Shown here piece by piece: positions 51,724 through 64,000 of a DNA stretch of 64,000 bases. Location: assembly GCA_951406725.2 (NCBI GenBank), contig OX597816.1, forward strand, positions 122,760,001 to 122,824,000. The letters run 5' to 3'. Position numbers and translations under genes: made by a program. The notes under the pieces are model-generated. The model was not told where the DNA came from. It did no database searches and saw nothing but the letters and a program-made list of their open reading frames with translations. How positions within the stretch are numbered: the first letter of the stretch is position 1; each line of letters opens with the position of its first letter. The DNA is from Octopus vulgaris. Lineage: Eukaryota.

Positions 51724-53043
51724 CCCGGAACCATGTGGTTCGTGAGCAAGCTACTTATCACACAGCCACTCCTATAATTTTTTTTTCTGTTTTGGTTTTT
51801 CTGCTAAGTTACTTTCAAGAAGCTTCGATCAACAGTTCGTTGATTTGGCACTTGCCTTTATCTGATTGTCGAATAATAACTTGATACGTATAACCGAGAA
51901 GGACGAACAAGAATATTTTTAGAATAAAAGCCTGTCTCGACATACTCTTCATACATAGATTACATATCTGCAAAAGACCACAAGGTTTCTGAGAAAGATT
52001 GTTTTGAATGTACTCTACACCAGTAAATACCGGATTATTATCATCGAAACTGGAGGGACGACAAGCAGTGAATACACTAACAATTATAATTAAAAGCTAT
52101 GAATATCAAATATTACTCGTGACAGAAAATTTATTATTGCCGAAAAATAATGCGAAAAACTGTTATTGTTTCTGATATCCTTCCTGGGAAATCAGTTTAA
52201 GCGTAGTCATAACTATATTAAAAAACACCAGACTTCCTTTTTGCTCCCTTGAATCAGACCTTAACGAAAACAAACTATATCCCATGCAAAAGAATTGCTT
52301 AATGTTTGTAGTACATCACCCGTTCTATACAATAAGATATTAAATGTCAGGGGGAAAAAAGTCTTTCCATAGACACACTACAGCAACAACAGCTATTACT
52401 CGATATATGGTTTTTCTTTTGATGGTTTTCTAAATTTTCTTCCTGGTAAAAAGTTACAAAGACCAACAAAATCCTAAGCTCCGAGCACATAAGGGTATAT
52501 AGCTCTGGTCTTTTAGACGGAAGCTACTCGCTATTTATTTATAATTTTATAAGGATAAACTTTCAGCGGCCATCTTTAATTTCTCGCTTCATCAGAATGG
52601 AACTTTTATTTGTTTTGCACTTTATATTTCTGTTAATAGTGAATCCCATTTGAGACTTACTGCAGCTAATCAAATGTCATAGTTTCAAGAAGCAGGACAA
52701 CGACATTGTCTGCTTGGTTACTTTCTACAATACTCTAACTTCAGATACAGACGCATCTCGTAGCTGACATAATTCTTAGAATCGATGTCTTTTAGTATTG
52801 ATTTCCATGCGTTCTTGTCGTTTAATTTTACTTCAGAGTCATCCTGTCTAGGTTGAATGGACTTTTGTTTTCAGAGTGTTTATGTTTAATTGATGAGTCT
52901 CATCCTATTTGTGGTTTGGTAAAGTGTATCATCAGGACAGGCATTTTAACCGGATTTTTCTAAATTAACATTTTTGACAATCGGAATCCAAATTACTACA
53001 CAACTCCACACACAAGCTTCACCATCATTTATAATAACAACAG

Positions 53044-53472
53044 TTTCTCATTTTGGCACAAGGCCAGCAAGTTCGGGGAAGAGGAAAGTCGATTACATCG
53101 ACCCCAATGCTCAATTGGTATTCATTTTATCGACCCGAAATGATGAAAATCAAGGCTGACCTCGGCGGAATTTGAACTCAAAGGGTAAAGCAGAAAAAAA
53201 TGCAGCTAAGTATTTTGTTCGGAATGCTAATAATAACAATAATAATCCTTTCTACCAGAGGCAGAAGGCCTGAAATGTGGTGGTGGTGGTGGGGGTGGGG
53301 AACTAATCAATTTCACCGACCGCAGTGTTTCACTGGTACTTAATTTATCGACTTCTAAAGGATGAAAGCAAAGTCGACCTCGACGGAAAATTGAACTCAG
53401 AACGTAGCGGCAGACGAAATACTGCTAACCATTTCGCCCGCCGTTTTAACGATTCTGCCAGCTCACCGCCTT
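53044..53472 (-). mobile_element. Two tandem Meta-domain-like tRNA SINEs
   Basis: Copies ~53044-53230 and 53247-53472, separated and followed by (TAA)n; head AAGGCGGTGAGCTGGCAGAATCGTTA on the minus strand. Confidence 0.85.
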
Positions 53473-53475
53473 CTA

Positions 53476-56900
<3,425 letters not shown>

Positions 56901-56923
56901 ATAATAATAATAATAATAATAAT

Positions 56924-57135
56924 CCTTTCTACTATAGGCAGAAAGCCTAAAATTTTGGTGGAGGAGAATAATCGATTATATCGACCCCAGTTCTTGAGAG
57001 GAACTTACTTTATCGACCTTGAAAGTATGAAGAGCAAAGTTGACTTCAGCAGAATTTGAACTCAGAACGTACTGACGGAAAAAATACCGGTAGGAATTTT
57101 TTTCCGGAATGCTAACGATTTTTCCAGCACGCCGC
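56924..57135 (-). mobile_element. Meta-domain-like tRNA SINE between two (TAA)n tracts
   Basis: CCTTTCTACTATAGGC...ATCGACCCCAG...TTTGAACTCAGAACGTA...CCAGCACGCCGC. Confidence 0.85.
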
Positions 57136-57145
57136 TATAATAACG

Positions 57146-57214
<69 letters not shown>

Positions 57215-57216
57215 TA

Positions 57217-58185
57217 TCTCTTTGGGTATGGCAAATACCCAAAGAGAGCGAATAATGCAGATATCGACAAAGCCCTGACCCATCAATGGCTAATGGCCTC
57301 TGGCTTAAAATCTGAAACAGAGGGGTTTATCATAGCAGCTCAAGATCAATGCCTACCAACAAGAAACTACCAGGCCAACATATTAAAGATCAGAAGCAGT
57401 CCAACGTGTCGTGTATGCAAGCAACAAAATGAAACCATTGACCATGTGGTCTCCAAGTGCAGTCTTCTAGCGCCTACAGAGTATCTCAACAGGCACGATA
57501 GAGCTGCACAATATATTCACTGGGTAATCTGTAAAAACCTGGATTTGCCCCATGAAAAAAACTGGTGGGAACACAAACCACCCCCAGTGCTTGAAAATGA
57601 CCACATCTCACTCCTCTGGAACTTCACCATTCAAACTGACAGGAAGATAGATGCAAATAGGCCAGACATCATATTGAAAGACTTCAAACAAAGAACATGC
57701 CTCCTCATTGATATGACTGTCCCAATCGATATAAACGTATCTGTCAAGACCTACCAAAAACTGAGCAAATATAAAGATCTTGAAATAGAAATCAGCAAAA
57801 TGTGGAAGCTGAAGACTAAAACAATACCTGTTGTCATAGGTGCCCTGGGAATGATAGCAAAAGGGGCTGATAGCTACCTAACTCAGATACCAGGAAACCC
57901 AAAAATGGCAGAAGTTCAAAAGATAGTGCTCATGGGAACTGCTCATATCCTACGCAAAATACTCTCTATGTAATCTCAAGGTTTAAAACAAACATAATTT
58001 TCGGTTTAAAAAAAAAAAAAAAACCTTTTTTTTTTAGACATTCATTAGTACAACATCCCCACCCCCCAAATATATGGCACACTAGGCATAACAACAACAT
58101 GAACTTCCAACCCTGTTGTCTCTTGAGGTCTCTGGGTGAGACTTGGAGCCAACTTGTACAAATATAAAGCAAAAGTCAAACATAG
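57217..58185 (+). mobile_element. R4/Dong 3' fragment (lineage B) with uninterrupted CCHC-REL ORF
   Basis: ORF to 57973: GLKSETEGFIIAAQDQ, CRVCKQQNETIDHVVSKC, RHD, RPDIILKD..LLID, KYKDL, GTAHILRKIL; ~210-bp UTR; (TAA)n flanks. Confidence 0.95.
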
Positions 58186-58208
58186 AATAATAATAATAAT
58201 AATAATAA

Positions 58209-58816
58209 TTTCAAATTTTGGCTTAAGGTCAGCAATTTATGGGGAGGGATTAGTCAATTACACGGACGCCACTACAGCTGAGATCAAAATTGCCGTTCAT
58301 TCTTTCAGGGTCGATATAATAAAGTACCAGTCAAGTAATCATCTAATCCCTTTCCCATACATTTCAGGCCTTGAGCCAAAATCAGAAATATTATTTTCTA
58401 CACTAGGCACAAGGATCGAAATTTTGGGGAAGGAGACCTGTCGATTATATCGACCCCAGTACGCAACTTGTACTTAATTTATCGACCCCGAAAGAATGGA
58501 AGGCAAAGTCGACCTCGGCAAAATTAGAAATGTTATTGCTATTAATAGTTATCTCAAATCTTGGTAGAAGGTCAGAAATTTTAGTACTAGGAAGTTAGCC
58601 AATTACATTGAGTCCAGCATTTGAGTGTTACTTTACTTTAGCGTCCCCAAAGGATGAAAGGCAAAGTTAATTTTTGTGGTATCTGAACACAGGGAAAATC
58701 CCCTAAGCATTTTGTCCGACGCTCTAACAATTCTACTAAGTCGCTACCTTTGCTTCAGATTTTGCCACAAGGCCAACAATTTTAAAGGGATGGGATTAGT
58801 CGATTACATTCCTTAC

Positions 58817-58898
<82 letters not shown>

Positions 58899-58990
58899 TT
58901 TTCTACGCCAGAAGGTTGAAACGAAAAAGGCAGGCTGCAACGGAAATTTGAACTCAAGGTATTTTACCTGACACTCTAGCGATCAGCTTT
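58209..58990. mobile_element. Cluster of SINE fragments (Meta-domain-like family, mostly minus strand) with a (CA)n tract
   Basis: Repeated GGCACAAGG/GTCGATTA.ATCGACCCC/GAAAGGCAAAGT/GAACTCA motifs. Confidence 0.7.
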
Positions 58991-60269
58991 CTCTGTTAGT
59001 TTTTTTTTCTCCAAACTTAATAAGTAAAATCACTTTTTTAATCAGAAAGAATTGTGAGTGAAGCGGAAAAATGAAAGTTTTTTTTCTTTTAAAAAAGTTC
59101 ATAATTATAATTACCTGAACTCTATAAACCTAAACTAATTTCACGCTGCAGGCGTTCAATATCAAAATGTTTGTGATTAATCATAAAATATGAATCTTGT
59201 GACCCATTAGGATTTTAGTAGGCTATTTTAAGTTTAGTTTATGTAGAGCATATCTATATGCCATGAGCTCGACAGACTCTACATTTACTCGAGCTGTTTT
59301 TACAGGAAAACTAGAAATCAGGACTAAACTGGTTAAGCATTCATTGATTTTATAACATTTTTATGACAACTGCTGTTCAAATTAATAATAATGATGATCA
59401 GCAGAGTTTAGGAATAGCTATGCCTCGAACTCCCAAATTCCTCGGGCATTGAAAAGTGGAAGGGAAAATATAAAAAAGAAATTTTCAGAAAATTTGGTTT
59501 TTACAGTTCTGAAGTAAATCATGCAAATGTGCAAAGGAATATATCGCCTTCAACCGATTCATTGTAATGTTGCGCATGTGCTATGTCCAAGTGCAAGTGA
59601 CACCCAAGTTTGAGGTTAAAATAGTCAACTTATTGATACAAATTTCATAGATGTATTTCATGAATATGAATGGATTGGTAATAATTTCAGAGGTACTGTT
59701 AGAATCGATACTGATAAGAATAGTGAAATTGTTTAAATACATAAAAGTTGTGTTTTGTAAAAAATATGAGATTGGTAGGAGGTTTCAAATCGGTGGATAT
59801 TTAATTGAGTGTAACGTGTGCACAAACATTGTTTTTCCGTAATCTTTGGTTGAACCACTGTAAGCAAAGAACATTCTATCAGAAACTTCCATAATGTTAC
59901 GTTAAGCATAGTCAGTGTCTGCTCCCAAGTAAATCAATATAAGGTGGATCTTGAAATTAAAAGCCCATTGAGTTCCTCGGAGAAAGAGTAAAGAAGTAAC
60001 TTTGGAACAAGTCAACTACGTCTTCAATTTCACTGTGAATGCGGGTATATGGAGAGAAATATAAGAAAAATTTACAAGTTTTCTCGGCGTCCTTAGACAT
60101 GGTAACTGAAGTATATCTGGTAATGATGCTTCATCATCCGGTATCGACCACTTTCTGCTATGTAAATAGAATGGATCGTCGATTCGGTTTACATTGTGCT
60201 GCCTTCCACAGTATTAATTTTGATACCTAATTTGTTAAAATAATACACACCATAAATTGTATTAAATTC

Positions 60270-60642
60270 TGTGTGGTAAGAAGCTTTCTTCTCCATGGTT
60301 CCAGGTTCAACCCCACTGCATGGCACCTTGAGCTTCTACTATATAGCCTCGGGCCGACCAAAGCCTTGTGAGTAGATTTGATAGAGGGAAATTGTGAGGA
60401 CCGGCGCATATATATGTATGTATGTTTGTGTGTGTTTTCTCCCACCACCACTTGAGAACCGATGCTGGTGTGTTTAGGTCCCCGTAACTTAGCGGTTCGG
60501 CAAAAGAAAACGATGGAATAAATGTCAGGCTTAAAAAAGTAAGTCCTGGGGTCGATTCATTCGACTAAAAATTTCTCGGAGGTGGTGCCCCAGTATGGCA
60601 GCAGTCTAATGACTGAAACAACGAAAGGACAAAAGATAAAGA
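60270..60642 (+). mobile_element. Octopod-type tRNA SINE
   Basis: TGTGTGGTAAGAAGCTT...GGTTCAACCCCACTGC...GCCTCGGGCCGACCAAAGCCTTGTGAG...CCCCGTAACTTAGCGGTTCGGC; same family as 40925-41324. Confidence 0.85.
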
Positions 60643-62150
60643 CGACTGCGTGCACAATGCATTATTCTGGTAATACGTATTTATGTTTCTGTATGATATA
60701 TCAAATTGTATTAGCATAAATTTTGATTCATTCTGTTCTATTAATCTAGGTGCAGAAATGTCTAAAAACGGGATGGTCATGTTTAGAAGGGATTAACTAT
60801 ATTCATATCGGAAGATCTAGGTTAGAAACCGGATCCTTCTCTATTGGCAAGAAATCTTGAAATAAAACTGAACAATGCTATATATATTAATGACAAGGAT
60901 TTATTAATTTCATATAAAGTTTAGCTACAACACATTGCTTAGTTCATATAGATGGAGCTACTGGAAATAGCAGCCCAATTTCTCTTAAACTACATTCTGT
61001 TGTCTTTGGAAAAGATAGTACTTGGAGGAATTTTTCTGCACGAAAATCATCAATTATTATCATACTCAATTTCTGAAACATTGTTTATTCAAATATCAAA
61101 AATAGGTGGCAGGAAAATGCAAATTTCCTAAAATTAGTCAAGATGGTAAAAGGATAGGAAACGTTGCTTTAGAATATGACTAACATAAACGATATAAAGA
61201 ATTCAAAGCAGGTTACAGTATCTGTCAAGTTACTGCTACAGGCAAAGTTTTTAGCATTCAAATTAGAAATGTTTCTTGTACATCGAGGCAGCAAGCTATC
61301 TACAATGCAGTAGCTGAACTTGCTAGAAATAACCAACTTCTTCAAATCAGACAATGTTTTTTTAAAAATCTTTATCCTAGATGTAAAAAAATTCTCGTCT
61401 CCGCTGGGACGTCTTTGATCATGGGTCCTTTCAATCAAGCTGACTTCATTTCCAGCATAGACACAAGACTAGATTTATAAGTGGAAGAGTACAGTCGATT
61501 ACGTCATCGATACAGTCCACGATCTGGAAGACAAATTTTATCGGCGCCGGTGGAAGAAAACTAGTTTATATGGCAGACGATAGCACTTTTATCGCCTCAA
61601 ACATGCGAATCCAGTACCATATAATCGATAAAATGAGTAACAATATGAATTAAGTAGAACAAGCAGTCTATTGAACATTGTTTATGATATTAGATGTTTA
61701 ATAAAAGATAATGTGACACTGAATTATTGTAACGCACACAAAGGAGCAATGTGCGTACTTGTGTGTGTATGATTGTGTGTATATGTGTGTGTGTAATTTT
61801 ATATTTTCACAAACTGAACGGCAGTAATGCTTAGAAGTGAATAGGAAATTTTACTCTCCATATGTCTTGGATCGATTAATATAACAATGACATTAACTTA
61901 AAGGTTAAAGTAATTCAAACGTTTATAGGTTTCCTTTGCATATGCCTCACCTTTTTGTCACTTGCAGGACTAAAAATGAATATAGAATGAAAAGAGCACT
62001 TCCGAGAAAAACTGTTTAAAAAAATGTCAGCGGAGAAATTGAAATTCCTTACGTCTTCCTGGTGATCATCGATTTCATTTCTTCCTATATAAAGTGCAAT
62101 TTGAAGTAGACAAAATACAATATCAAAAAGAAACTTTCTGCTATATTACT

Positions 62151-62211
<61 letters not shown>

Positions 62212-64000
62212 CTATATATTTATATATATATATATAAGGAATATATATGGAGAGTCAGATTTAAGTCTATCTGTTCATTTATCTATCTAGCAATCAATGA
62301 AATACCAGAAGGGAACTGTTTCCCTTCAAGTGGCGCTATATCGGAGCAGCGCTACATTTTTTTTATGAATCTGACACAAGATTATGAAATTCAAAACAAG
62401 TGATGCTATCGATATATGATTAGTAAAATTGCGGTTGATTCACGATGACAGGGGAATTAACAGCTGAATGGAGTGGAGTTCATATTTTGTTGTACACGTT
62501 GCGATTGCATCTATGTATCCATGTGTAAATAGGCAGTTCACACTGAGAATTTATCGCAGTGAACGGTAAATAGCTTTACTTGCCTAACCACATTGCATAA
62601 AGACCGTCTAAAGTTTGTCCTAATGATCCATATATGTCTACCACCATATAAACAGAACTAATTTGATCAAACATAGATCGTAGTTCAGTTAAACAAGAGA
62701 AGCGCAAAAAGACAAAATCGATCACATTCCAGCAGTGCATTGTTTTGTAAAATATTTACCGTATTTTAAAGCCCAATTCAACAAACTGTAATAAGTGCAT
62801 TACTTCTCGGTTCAATTTCCCTTCGGTTTTGGCCTTTTTCACAGGAAGTTACCACAGTGTGTTTTCCCTTAGACTTATCAGCCTTTTACTAAGACCTCTA
62901 GAGTGCTACCTCCATTTCGTAATCACAAATATTAAGTGGATTCTTCTCTAGATTTCAACCTAGAAATTTGTCCCAAGCATCATTACGAAAATAAATAAAT
63001 AACGATTATAAATACAGAATGGAATTGACATATTGAATGATGTCATTTAGCAATGGGTCATACCTGAACGAACGCAACTGTTATCGAAAACGTTCCAAAT
63101 ATAACCATATCATATTTTCTTTAAATATTTTATCCAAGTTTTCCTTCGCCTTTTTTTAAGACGATAGGGTGTGATTTTAAGAGTTGGCTGCTATTACTAC
63201 CAGATTTAGCAACTATGTAGACGCTCTTTCTGGTGCATTTTGTCTTCTTTGAGTGATTGTAGATAACGATCGAATTCTAATTCTCTCTAAGTATTCTCGT
63301 AGCACAGTTTAGAAAAAATTAACACCAGAACTGAATTAAAATTCATAAGGTGTTTCATTTTCCTTATCTGTAATACAATAATAGTTTCTAGTTTGAATTC
63401 AAATACCATTGAGACCACATTTCGCCAGTCATTTCTCCGGTCCTGATTAAATAAAATATTAGTTATCTAGCGGCTCGATTCAGATGTCTGTATTCCTTTC
63501 CTACACATTCGTGGACTTGTGCGTAAATACAAAATCAATTATTAAGTGTATAAACTGAAGTGCAGAAAAGAGAAAACCAAACTTCCTCGCATAAATAAAA
63601 TAATGTAATACAAATGGTATGTACTGTAGTTTCGCCTCATCTTAGTCATAATGTTCTGTATTCTTTAATGGTTGGTTAACCCCTTTGAATACTCTATTAC
63701 TTTTTTCTAGTCATGAAGCATACAAATTGGTGTATTCATATTTTTTTCTTACGACATTAATGACGCATATAAAAGAAATATAACTAAAAGGAATTCGATC
63801 AGAAACTAAATTGTAAATTCGGATTTGTGGTATTCTTCCTGCTAGCGGCATATGCAATATAAAGAAAGGCAATATTTTCTTTGTAACATACATTCTCAAA
63901 TATTAACAGAATTGTTAGTGTTGTTTGTTCGCAAGAATTCGGTGAAGCGCACGATAAAATTCCTTGTATTGTTTAGTAATATTTTTTTATCTTTGAGGTC

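Larger units (their letters stand above)
50708..51776 (-). mobile_element. Octopod-type SINE split by nested insertions in its internal microsatellite
   Basis: Tail half 50708-~50950 and head 51721-51776 match the 40925-41324 family; the intervening (TA)n holds two fold-back elements. Confidence 0.8.

Noticed and set aside
59850-61450. Weak Tc1/mariner-like peptide remnants
   Set aside because: Similarity too faint to support by eye; no TIRs found.

Overview
AT-rich, microsatellite-dense eukaryotic non-genic or intronic DNA. The repeat repertoire (tRNA-headed CORE-like and Meta-domain-like SINEs, abundant (TA)n/(TAA)n/(CATA)n) fits a coleoid cephalopod, probably Octopus; this assignment is an inference. 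I find no intact host protein-coding gene. Almost all listed ORFs are microsatellite read-throughs or decayed transposon fragments. Main content: (1) R4/Dong-clade non-LTR retrotransposons (RT + CCHC + restriction-like endonuclease) from about six lineages, mostly inside (TAA)n tracts. The longest is 53606-56900, with 2 nonsense codons, 3 frameshifts and a 24-bp iterated 5' junction; one lineage sits in (CATA)n instead. (2) Fragments of RTE, Tx1/L1, CR1, Penelope-like (PLE), mariner and non-autonomous Helitron elements. (3) Many SINEs, one family alternating antiparallel with Dong copies inside (TAA)n. (4) The most notable signal: four short fold-back elements, each inserted between (TA)n runs (22.3, 22.7, 51.0 and 51.3 kb). 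Three carry type-I hammerhead ribozyme motifs of three architectures, one with the compensatory U3-A8 core. They look like a (TA)n-targeting, ribozyme-bearing PLE/retrozyme-like system. Weaker signals are a pre-miRNA-like hairpin (17.1 kb) and a possible minus-strand promoter with non-coding exons (41.7-40.2 kb). All calls are by-eye motif recognition; no searches were run.
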